From Candidatus Krumholzibacteriota bacterium (GTDB lineage Bacteria > Krumholzibacteriota > Krumholzibacteriia > LZORAL124-64-63), in NCBI GenBank assembly GCA_039714075.1, contig JBDLKA010000097.1, positions 1-12,409 on the forward strand: a stretch of DNA of 12,409 nucleotides. The letters are read 5' to 3'. Numbering within the stretch: the stretch's first letter is position 1; every line of letters begins with the position of its first letter. Shown here one piece after another: positions 1 through 6,784 of the stretch. The position numbers and the translations under genes were made by a program. The notes beneath the pieces are model-generated. The model was not told the DNA's origin. It worked only from the letters and a program-made list of their open reading frames with translations, and searched no databases.

Positions 1-2
1 AG

Positions 3-770
3 GAACACCTTACCGGGTGTCGTATCTGTATGGCCGCCTATGTCGATGCCGTCCAGTTGCGCCATCACTGGCGGCACAAGGCAGCCGAACCGCCGCCGGC
101 CTCGGCCGATTCTAAAAAACGGCGCAGCCCCCAGGTCCGACTTTGGCTCCTGGCTGCCTGTATTCCCCTTCTGATCATTGCCGGGGCCTGGTTTTTCCTG
201 CCGGAACCGGATACCGACCTGGAAAATTTGGACCCCGCGTTCGGCCAGGTTGCCGTGGCGGTGGCGGCGGCGTCCCATGAGGGCATGATCCCGCCAGGAA
301 CTGCAGGAGCCGAGTGGAATCGGGGCAGTACCGTTTATCGATCCGGAGAAAACCACTCCACCGAACTGTCTGAAGCTCTGCTGGTCCTCCACGATTTACC
401 GGAGGAAGATTACCCCCCGTCCCTGCTGTACCTGAAAGTGGCGGGCCATTTGGCCAATGACGACCTGCAAATGGCCCGGATTCTGGTTAATAATGAAATT
501 GGCCTGGATACGGATGATCCGAACATCCTGCTATTGAAGGGTGTGGTGGAATACCTGGAAGGAAATCTGGCTGAAAGCGAAAAGTTCCTGAATAAGTCCC
601 TGGCCATTCAGCCCAAAAGCCACGAAGCCCGCTTCAACCTTGCCTTGTTGCTGGCCGAAACCAACCACCCCGATGAGGCCCGGGAAATCTTCGAGGATCT
701 CGTCCTTCTGGAGGCCTACCCCCTCCTCCACAACCGCGCCAGGTTGGAATTGGACCAGCTCGACAATTAG
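3..770 (+). CDS. 5'-truncated zinc-binding anti-sigma factor-like protein (zf-HC2/ZAS motif, one TM helix, C-terminal TPRs)
   Basis: The frame is open upstream of ATG30. Positions 3-32 read E-H-L-T-G-C-R-I-C-M, giving the HxxxCxxC ZAS motif, so the true start lies outside the window. TM segment LWLLAACIPLLIIAGAWFFL; TPR-like helices (ILLLKGVVEYLEGNLAESEKFLNKSLAIQP, EARFNLALLLAETNHPDEAREIF). Confidence 0.75.
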   Translation, partial: EHLTGCRICMAAYVDAVQLRHHWRHKAAEPPPASADSKKRRSPQVRLWLLAACIPLLIIAGAWFFLPEPDTDLENLDPAFGQVAVAVAAASHEGMIPPGTAGAEWNRGSTVYRSGENHSTELSEALLVLHDLPEEDYPPSLLYLKVAGHLANDDLQMARILVNNEIGLDTDDPNILLLKGVVEYLEGNLAESEKFLNKSLAIQPKSHEARFNLALLLAETNHPDEAREIFEDLVLLEAYPLLHNRARLELDQLDN

Positions 771-788
771 CCTTCATCCCACCCGAAA

Positions 789-3299
789 TCATTCCGACGC
801 GAGATCCGATTCCTTTTGGATTTCCGCGACCCGCCGGTCCAGCGAATCCGCCACCGCGTCCTTGCCCAACTCCCTCAGCACCTCGGAATAATCGGGCAGA
901 ATCTCCGCCAGATCCGGATGCCGCGTCCCGTTCGCCTTCTCCTGTATGGCCACGGCCCTCTCGAAAAGGGGCTCGGCCTCTTCGGGATGCCCCCGTTTAT
1001 GGGCCAACAGGGCCATGTCGCGCAGGGTCCAGGCATAGTCGGGATGTTCCTCCCCGAACGCGCCCCTTCTTATCTCCAGAGCACGCGCATACAGGGCTTC
1101 CGCTTCATCGTAATGTCCCCGCGACCTTTCCAGGTTGCCCATGTTGTTCAGCGTCTGACCGACATCGGGATGCTCCGGGCCCAGCACCTTTTCCCGGATC
1201 TCCAGAGCCCGGCGGAACAGGGGATCGGCCTCATCAAGTTGCTCCTGCTCCTGGTGGCAAAGGGCCAGGTTGTTCAACGCCTGGGCCAGGCGGGGATGAT
1301 CCGGCCCCAGAACCCTCTGGTAAATCTCGGCGGCCTCCCGGTAGATCGGTTCGGCATCGGCGAACCGGTCCTGTTGGTGATAGAGCAGGGCGAGATTGTT
1401 CTTCCCCTTCGCCACGTCGGAATGGTTCGTACCGTACGCCTTTTCCCACAGACCCAGGGCCTGCTTGTACAAACGCTCGGCTTCCCCGTAGTTGCCCCGG
1501 TTCCAGTTGAGGATCGCCAGGCTGTTATAGCTGCGGGCGACCTCCGGATCGTCGGGACCCAACGCGACCATCCGAATGGCCAGGGCCCTGTTGTAGAGAG
1601 GTTCGGCCAGATCGTACTTGCCCTTCCTCCGGTAGACGCTGGCCAGTTCGTTGATGCTCAGCGCCAGCTTCAGGTTGTCCGCCTGATCCCCGTGCCGGTC
1701 CATCACCGCCAGGGCTTCGGTCAGCATCGTCTCGGCGTCGTCGTACCGTCCCTTGTCGATATAGAGATCCCCCAGATCGGCGAGCATGCCCGCGGAAACG
1801 ACATCATCCTCGCCGCTGGCGCTGCGCCGTAGTTCGAGGGCCGATTCCAGCTGTGGCGCGGCCTCCTCGTACAACCCGAGGTTCTGATAGACCTTGCCGA
1901 TGGTATTCATCAGCCGGGACTGGGTCATGGGCTCGCCGGCCAACTCGTCGGCGACCCGCAGCGATCCCTGGTCCAGGATTTCCCGCGCGGTGATGGTATT
2001 GCCCTTGGCCTGATCCGGGTCGGACACCTCGAAGATATCGACCAGGAAATCCGAGACCTTCCGCGCCGTTTCCGCCTCCTGCAAGGCGTGCTTTTCGGCC
2101 CTGATCGCCCGCACCAGCCCGGTGGTCGTCCCGGCGATTCCCAGCAGGATGGCCGCCAGACCGATGGATGCGGCCACCACTCCGGACCTGTGCCGGCGAA
2201 TGAACTTCTTGACCTTATAGGCCCCGCTCGGTGGCCCCGCACTGACCGGTTCGAAGTTGAGATGCCGCTTGATGTCCTGGCTGAACCCCTTGACCGTTTC
2301 GTAGCGCCGGGTCCGATCCTTTTCCAGAGCCTTCATGGTGATCCAATCCAGATCACCGCGAAGTTTCTTGCCCAGGGCCGCCGGTTCGATCTTCCGGTCG
2401 CCCGCCACCTTGACCAGGGTCTCCCGGGAAGCGATCAGGGTCTTGGCCCGCGTGCTCGGTTTTGGCGCTTCGTCCTCACGGATGATCCGCAGGACCTCGT
2501 AGAACCCCTTTTCCTTCAACTCCTCGGAGGGGAACGGCAATTGTCCAACCAGAAGTTCGTAAAGCACGACGCCCAGGGCGTAGACATCCGTCCGGGTATC
2601 GATCCCCATGGCCGTCATGTCCGTCTGTTCCGGACTCATGTATTCGGGGGTGCCGACAAGCTGGCCCGCGCTGGTGGTCATCGTGTTGTCGAACATGGAG
2701 GTATCCATGGCCTTGGCCACGCCGAAATCGATGATCTTGGGCACATGATGCCCGTCGATCTGTCCGACCAGGACGTTGGATGGCTTGAGGTCGCGATGGA
2801 TGATGGCCTTCTGGTGGGCGTGCTGGACCCCTTCGCAGACCAGGATGAACAGCTCCAGACGCTCACGGAGCGAAAGTTTGTGCTCGTCGCAGTATTTGTT
2901 GATGGGAATGCCCTCGACGTATTCCATCACGAAGTAGGGGCGGCCGGCCTCGGTGGCGCCGGCGTCGAACACCTTGGCGATGGCCGGATGATCCATCATG
3001 GCCAGGGCCTGGCGTTCGGACGCGAAGCGGGCGACGAATTCCTTCGTATCCATGCCCCGCTTGACCATCTTCAGGGCGACGCGCCGCTTGATGGGTTCTA
3101 GCTGCTCCGCCTCGTAGACCAATCCCATGCCGCCTTCGCCGATCTCCTTGACCAGACGATAGGGGCCGATCTGCTCGGCACCCGGCGACCCCTCGGAGGT
3201 GTCCTGGTCCCCGGCCGGCTGGGTTTCGGCCTGGCCGAAGCCGATCGTCCGCAGCGGATCTTCCTCGGGATTGATGTCGAAGGTCTTGTCGTCGGACAT
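789..3299 (-). CDS. Hanks-type Ser/Thr protein kinase with one TM helix and about 9 C-terminal 42-aa TPR repeats
   Basis: All core kinase motifs are present: IGEGGMGLVY, VALK, HRDLKPSN, DFG, GTPEYMSPE, DVYALG. TM segment VVAASIGLAAILLGIAG. Kinesin-light-chain-type repeats (LNNLA...EAEPL..RALEIREKVLGPEHP). GGAG RBS upstream of ATG3299. Confidence 0.95.
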   Translation of the reverse strand: MSDDKTFDINPEEDPLRTIGFGQAETQPAGDQDTSEGSPGAEQIGPYRLVKEIGEGGMGLVYEAEQLEPIKRRVALKMVKRGMDTKEFVARFASERQALAMMDHPAIAKVFDAGATEAGRPYFVMEYVEGIPINKYCDEHKLSLRERLELFILVCEGVQHAHQKAIIHRDLKPSNVLVGQIDGHHVPKIIDFGVAKAMDTSMFDNTMTTSAGQLVGTPEYMSPEQTDMTAMGIDTRTDVYALGVVLYELLVGQLPFPSEELKEKGFYEVLRIIREDEAPKPSTRAKTLIASRETLVKVAGDRKIEPAALGKKLRGDLDWITMKALEKDRTRRYETVKGFSQDIKRHLNFEPVSAGPPSGAYKVKKFIRRHRSGVVAASIGLAAILLGIAGTTTGLVRAIRAEKHALQEAETARKVSDFLVDIFEVSDPDQAKGNTITAREILDQGSLRVADELAGEPMTQSRLMNTIGKVYQNLGLYEEAAPQLESALELRRSASGEDDVVSAGMLADLGDLYIDKGRYDDAETMLTEALAVMDRHGDQADNLKLALSINELASVYRRKGKYDLAEPLYNRALAIRMVALGPDDPEVARSYNSLAILNWNRGNYGEAERLYKQALGLWEKAYGTNHSDVAKGKNNLALLYHQQDRFADAEPIYREAAEIYQRVLGPDHPRLAQALNNLALCHQEQEQLDEADPLFRRALEIREKVLGPEHPDVGQTLNNMGNLERSRGHYDEAEALYARALEIRRGAFGEEHPDYAWTLRDMALLAHKRGHPEEAEPLFERAVAIQEKANGTRHPDLAEILPDYSEVLRELGKDAVADSLDRRVAEIQKESDLASE

Positions 3300-3376
3300 G
3301 CGTCTCCATCCAGCCGGATCAACGGCGGGAAAAAAAGCACGGGGGCAGGAAATCTGAATCGATCCTGTTGGGGTAC

Positions 3377-3415
3377 AGAGTACTTGATCCGCCGGATTTG
3401 TCGAGGATATGTCGA
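3377..3415 (-). promoter_or_regulatory. Putative sigma70 promoter of the kinase gene, overlapped by an 11-bp tandem direct repeat
   Basis: Minus strand TCGACA (3404-3399), 16 nt spacer, TACTCT (3382-3377). Repeat GGATTTGTCGA/GGATATGTCGA at 3394-3415 (plus-strand reading). Confidence 0.4.
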
Positions 3416-3434
3416 TTCGGCCTTTGGCCTGGTC

Positions 3435-3467
3435 ATAAAACAGCCGGCGGACCTATCCCGCCGGCTG
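3435..3467 (-). terminator. Rho-independent terminator of the blaI-M56 operon
   Basis: Perfect 10-bp stem CAGCCGGCGG (3441-3450)/CCGCCGGCTG (3458-3467) with a 7-nt loop, followed by TTTTAT on the minus strand, 16 nt after the M56 stop codon. Confidence 0.8.
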
Positions 3468-3483
3468 ATTGATCATTGCCGGG

Positions 3484-5121
3484 CTAAAGCCCCGGATCCT
3501 GGATCGCGATCTTGTTCGCGCCGCCTTTCCTGAGTGCCTGCAGGACCTGCACGAACGCCCCGTAGTGCGTGTCCTTGTCCGTGTGGAGCGTCACGACCAG
3601 TTTGGGTTCCTTGGCCATTTTCCTGGCGATCACTTTGGGCAGATCCGCGCCGTCCACCTGCCGGTCGTTCACCGTCAGTACACCCGCGCCGTCTACTTTC
3701 ACCGGCAGTATCAGCTCCTTCGGCATCTTCTCCAGCTTTTTGCGGGCCTTTTCCGGCGGCAGCACCATGGGCACCGCCTCGCCCAGTTCACCCGTGTAGA
3801 TGACCTTCAACAAACCCATTTCCTTGAGCTGGGCCTGCATGGCCTGCACCTTGCCCATGGTCACGCCGCCGTCACTGTCGATCTGTATGACGACCTTGCC
3901 GCCCTTGGTCTGCATGGCCTTCTTGACGGCATCGCTGAATTGATCCTTGGCGACCGGTTCCCCGTTGACGGTCAGGCCCTTCGCCGTCACCCCGACGTGG
4001 ACCGAGGGCGGCGGAGGCGGCGGGGCGTCCGCGGGAACAGGCTCGCCGGCCTTCACGACTTTTTCGGGCTGGGCGGGTGGCGCCTTGGCAACGGGTTGGG
4101 CAACGGGAGCCGGCTTCCTGGGCGGGGGCGGCGGCGTATCGCCATACACCAGCGACAGGGGCACGATCGCCAGCAACAGCGCCGCCACCACCAGGGTCAA
4201 CCTCATCTTCGATACGGGATTCATGATTCCCTCCTTCACCTGATAGGTCACGCGTTTCATCAGTTCACAGCGGCGGCGCATCAGCGTCGAAGCCGATTCG
4301 GCCATGGGCCGGGGTTCGAGCACGGTCTCGGCGAGATCCACCAGAAACCGCGAGTAGGCCAGTCGCAGGCGCGGATCGTCACCCACCGACATGTCGTCGC
4401 ACGCCATTTCACGCCACACCCGCAACCGGCCGATCAGCAGATAAACCAGGGGATGGAAAAAGAAGACCGCCTGCACGATCACCTCGATCGGCTGCACGAG
4501 ATTGTCCCGGCGCCGGATATGGGCCAGTTCGTGCCTGAGAACGGCGGCCCGATCGTCCCGGGACCACCGGTTCCAGGCTGCGGGCACCATGATGCGGCGA
4601 TGGAACCATCCCATGGTCAGGGGGACCGCGATCCGCTTGTTGCGGCGGATGTCCAACCGCAGGTCGCGCATCTGCACCGGAATTTCCTCGGGATCAACCG
4701 GCGTGGACCGGCGCAATTCGACGTACAACTGGACCGACTGGAGCAGTGACCAGCCAAGGCGGGCGGCCACGATACTGGCCCAGGCCAGCATAAGGACGGC
4801 GGCCAGGCCCAGCCCGCCGGTCAGGCCGTTCACGATTTCACCGTTGGGAACCGTACCTGCGGCGAAGGGGAACAACAGGGGCGCCACGGGTTCGGCCAGC
4901 GTTTCCGACGCACCGGAACCGAACCAGCCGGTGGACACGAAGGGCGGCACCGCCAGTTTGACCACGCCCACCGTGGCCACGGCCGCCAGGACCCGCGCCG
5001 ATCCCCGCCGCACCAGATAAAGAGCCGCCAGGACCAGCAGCAGGAAAAGGGAATTCTGGATCACCGCGGACAGGAACCAGGTCCCCCAGGCAACACCCCA
5101 TTCGTTCAGCGTGGAGATCAT
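3484..5121 (-). CDS. BlaR1/MecR1-like M56 family metallopeptidase signal transducer with Pro-rich linker and two C-terminal ExbD/TolR-like domains
   Basis: N-terminal TM helices, zinc motif HELAH (AVLRHELAHIRRRD), FFFHPLV, REMACDD, LMKRV, then a TM helix and poly-Pro linker. Two ExbD-like repeats follow (LTVNGEPV...VVIQIDSDGGVTMGKV...LKEMGLLKV; LTVNDRQV...VVTLHTDKDTHYGAFVQVLQALRKGGANKI). ATGA overlap with blaI. Confidence 0.9.
   Translation of the reverse strand: MISTLNEWGVAWGTWFLSAVIQNSLFLLLVLAALYLVRRGSARVLAAVATVGVVKLAVPPFVSTGWFGSGASETLAEPVAPLLFPFAAGTVPNGEIVNGLTGGLGLAAVLMLAWASIVAARLGWSLLQSVQLYVELRRSTPVDPEEIPVQMRDLRLDIRRNKRIAVPLTMGWFHRRIMVPAAWNRWSRDDRAAVLRHELAHIRRRDNLVQPIEVIVQAVFFFHPLVYLLIGRLRVWREMACDDMSVGDDPRLRLAYSRFLVDLAETVLEPRPMAESASTLMRRRCELMKRVTYQVKEGIMNPVSKMRLTLVVAALLLAIVPLSLVYGDTPPPPPRKPAPVAQPVAKAPPAQPEKVVKAGEPVPADAPPPPPPSVHVGVTAKGLTVNGEPVAKDQFSDAVKKAMQTKGGKVVIQIDSDGGVTMGKVQAMQAQLKEMGLLKVIYTGELGEAVPMVLPPEKARKKLEKMPKELILPVKVDGAGVLTVNDRQVDGADLPKVIARKMAKEPKLVVTLHTDKDTHYGAFVQVLQALRKGGANKIAIQDPGL
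4222..4236 (-). promoter_or_regulatory. Candidate internal in-frame translation start within the M56 gene
   Basis: Minus strand AAGGAGG-GAATC-ATG (ATG at 4224, Met300), followed by the signal-peptide-like MNPVSKMRLTLVVAALLLAIVPLSLVYG. Confidence 0.5.
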
Positions 5122-5516
5122 GACTTGCCCCCCTTCAACTCGGCTTCCCGCTGCCGGATGAGCTTCTTGATTTCCGCGAGATCCTCCAGGTCAACGTCAT
5201 CCAGCGACATGAGGGAGTTGGCCACGGCCGGAATCGAACCGCCGAAGATCCGCGCCACCAGGCGCGAGGTCTCCTGACGGGTGCTCTCTTCCCGGGTCTT
5301 CGTGGGGACGTAAAAACCGACAAGACCGATTTTTTTCCGTACGAGCAGTTTCTTCTTCACCAGGGTGTTCATGACCGTCTGCACCGTGGTGTAGGCTTTT
5401 TCCCCGCCGGGATAGAGATGCTCCAGCACCTCCCGCACGGTCACGGCCTCCTCGTGGGCCCAGACCGCCTGCATGATTTCCCACTCGGCCGGGGTCAGCT
5501 TGGCTTTTTCGGACAT
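5118..5516 (-). CDS. blaI: BlaI/MecI/CopY family transcriptional repressor
   Basis: LTPAEWEIMQAVW, TVREV, AYTTVQTVMNTLVKKKLL and FGGS signatures; 132 aa; AGGAGG RBS; translationally coupled to the M56 gene. Confidence 0.95.
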   Translation of the reverse strand: MSEKAKLTPAEWEIMQAVWAHEEAVTVREVLEHLYPGGEKAYTTVQTVMNTLVKKKLLVRKKIGLVGFYVPTKTREESTRQETSRLVARIFGGSIPAVANSLMSLDDVDLEDLAEIKKLIRQREAELKGGKS

Positions 5517-5540
5517 ATCCCCTCCTGCTTCATTCGGATT

Positions 5541-5580
5541 TCTACTATATTTCTAGTAACTCTACGTAAAACACAGTACG
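5541..5580. promoter_or_regulatory. Tandem BlaI-type operator (2 x TAC-N10-GTA, 20-bp period)
   Basis: TACTA-tatttc-TAGTA palindrome (5543-5558) and TACgtaaaacacaGTA (5563-5578), both preceded by TC, overlap the -10/spacer/+1 region. BlaI-family repressors bind TAC...GTA dyads. Confidence 0.65.
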
Positions 5581-5587
5581 AAGTCAA
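5559..5587 (-). promoter_or_regulatory. sigma70-type promoter of the blaI-M56 operon
   Basis: TTGACT (5587-5582), 17 nt spacer, TAGAGT (5564-5559) on the minus strand. Confidence 0.7.
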
Positions 5588-5619
5588 GGCCGGAAGGTTT
5601 CAAAAATTTTCGACCGCCC

Positions 5620-5650
5620 TTGACGATCGCCCGCCGAACCCGAATACTGT
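5620..5650 (+). promoter_or_regulatory. Possible sigma70 promoter of the P-loop protein gene
   Basis: TTGACG at 5620-5625. The -10 is weak (AATACT at 17 nt or TACTGT at 19 nt). An A/T tract at 5598-5610 lies between the two divergent -35 boxes. Confidence 0.35.
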
Positions 5651-5700
5651 CCCCCACTAAAAAATTTCGCGCACGTTCCGACCGTCGAAAGGAAGACTCC

Positions 5701-6675
5701 ATGTCCAAGCATATCGATGTCCTGCTTCTGCTCGCCCTGCCCGCCAGCGGCAAATCCGAGGCCCGCCGCTACCTGGCCAGCCTCAGCCCCGAGCAATGCC
5801 ACGAGCAGTTCGGCATCGGGCACACGGTGCAGCTCGACGATTTTCCCTACGTACACATCATGCGCCGGGTCAGCGACGAGTTGACCGAACGCGGACACCC
5901 CGGGGCGTTTTTCGTTTCCCCCGCGCTGCCCTTCCGCAATCCCGTCGACTGGCTGACGCTGATCGAGCTGATCAACGAGGATTACGACGACCTGGTGGCC
6001 GGCAACAAGCCCGCGCCCGATTCGGCGGCCCTGTGGTTGTTCGACCGGATCGACGCGGCCCGCATCCGCGCCGGCGGCGAAGCGATCATCGGCACCCTGC
6101 CCGAGGATTTGCGCAAGGAGATCGCCGGCCCCATCGAGGACGAGGCCCGCAAGCTGCTGGACGACAAGGTGGCCGAGGTGCCCGACAACCTCGAAGGCAA
6201 GACCGTGGTCATCGAGTTCGCCCGGGGCTGCGCCGACGGCCAGACCATGCCCATCCCCCACCCCTATGGCTACGCCGGCAGCCTGGGCCAGTTGAGCCCC
6301 GCCATTCTCGAGCGGTCGAGCATCCTCTACATCTGGGTCACGCCCGAGGAATCCCGCCGCAAGAACGCCGCGCGCACCGACCCCGACGATCCGGGCAGCA
6401 TCCTGCACCACGGCGTGCCGCTGGCGGTCATGTACGGGGATTACGGCTGTGACGACATGGAACACCTGCTGGGCACGTCAGGCAAAGCCGACACCGTGCA
6501 GGTGGACAAGAAGGGCACATCCTACTTCCTGCCCCTGGGCCGGTTCGACAACCGGGTGGACAAGACGTCGTTCATCCGGGAAGACGAGGACAAGTGGGCC
6601 GATGCGGACGTGAAGGCCTTGCAGGACGGAATGCGCGAGGCCTTCGATCGCCTCATGCACGGGTTGGAGGGCTGA
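5701..6675 (+). CDS. Uncharacterised P-loop NTPase, nucleoside monophosphate/small-molecule kinase-like fold (324 aa)
   Basis: ATG5701 with AAGGAAG upstream puts the Walker A-like LLLLALPASGKS at the N-terminus. VVIEFARG (Walker B-like strand) and ILYIWVTPEESRRKNAAR (lid-like) follow the NMP-kinase topology. Strong GC3 bias in this frame. Confidence 0.7.
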   Translation: MSKHIDVLLLLALPASGKSEARRYLASLSPEQCHEQFGIGHTVQLDDFPYVHIMRRVSDELTERGHPGAFFVSPALPFRNPVDWLTLIELINEDYDDLVAGNKPAPDSAALWLFDRIDAARIRAGGEAIIGTLPEDLRKEIAGPIEDEARKLLDDKVAEVPDNLEGKTVVIEFARGCADGQTMPIPHPYGYAGSLGQLSPAILERSSILYIWVTPEESRRKNAARTDPDDPGSILHHGVPLAVMYGDYGCDDMEHLLGTSGKADTVQVDKKGTSYFLPLGRFDNRVDKTSFIREDEDKWADADVKALQDGMREAFDRLMHGLEG

Positions 6676-6693
6676 ACCGACTCCGTCAATATC

Positions 6694-6764
6694 CCGGAGT
6701 CACCCCTGATTCCGGAGACCAAACCGAACGGGCGCCGCTTCCGGTGGGAAGCGGCGCCCTGTTC
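6694..6764. terminator. Bidirectional terminator-like hairpins between convergent genes
   Basis: Perfect 13-bp stem GGGCGCCGCTTCC (6730-6742)/GGAAGCGGCGCCC (6747-6759) with loop GGTG, preceded by a second hairpin CCGGAGTCA-cccc-TGATTCCGG (6694-6715). U-tracts are weak. Confidence 0.7.
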
Positions 6765-6784
6765 ATTTCGCGGAGGTCGGTCTC

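Noticed and set aside
880..1930. About 126-bp periodicity in the kinase 3' half
   Set aside because: Explained by 42-aa TPR coding repeats; not a CRISPR array or DNA repeat element.
816..3101. Long plus-strand ORFs 816-1832 and 2088-3101
   Set aside because: Antisense shadows of the kinase gene, expected with high GC3; no recognisable motifs.
3325..3370. T7 tract in the kinase 5' leader as an attenuator or riboswitch
   Set aside because: No strong stem immediately precedes the T-run and I recognise no aptamer.
3469..5020. Plus-strand ORFs 3469-4749 and 4502-5020
   Set aside because: Antisense to the well-supported M56 gene; low-complexity Arg/His/Gly-rich translations.
3484..5516. Calling the blaI/blaR-like pair a beta-lactam resistance locus, or the C-terminus a functional exbD
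   Set aside because: No penicillin-binding sensor domain or beta-lactamase gene, no TM Asp and no exbB partner.
5584..6465. Minus-strand 293-aa ORF, alternative-frame ORF 5796-6452 and the TTG5620 start
   Set aside because: Shadows of the P-loop gene. TTG5620 coincides with a -35-like box, while ATG5701 has an RBS and places Walker A at the N-terminus.
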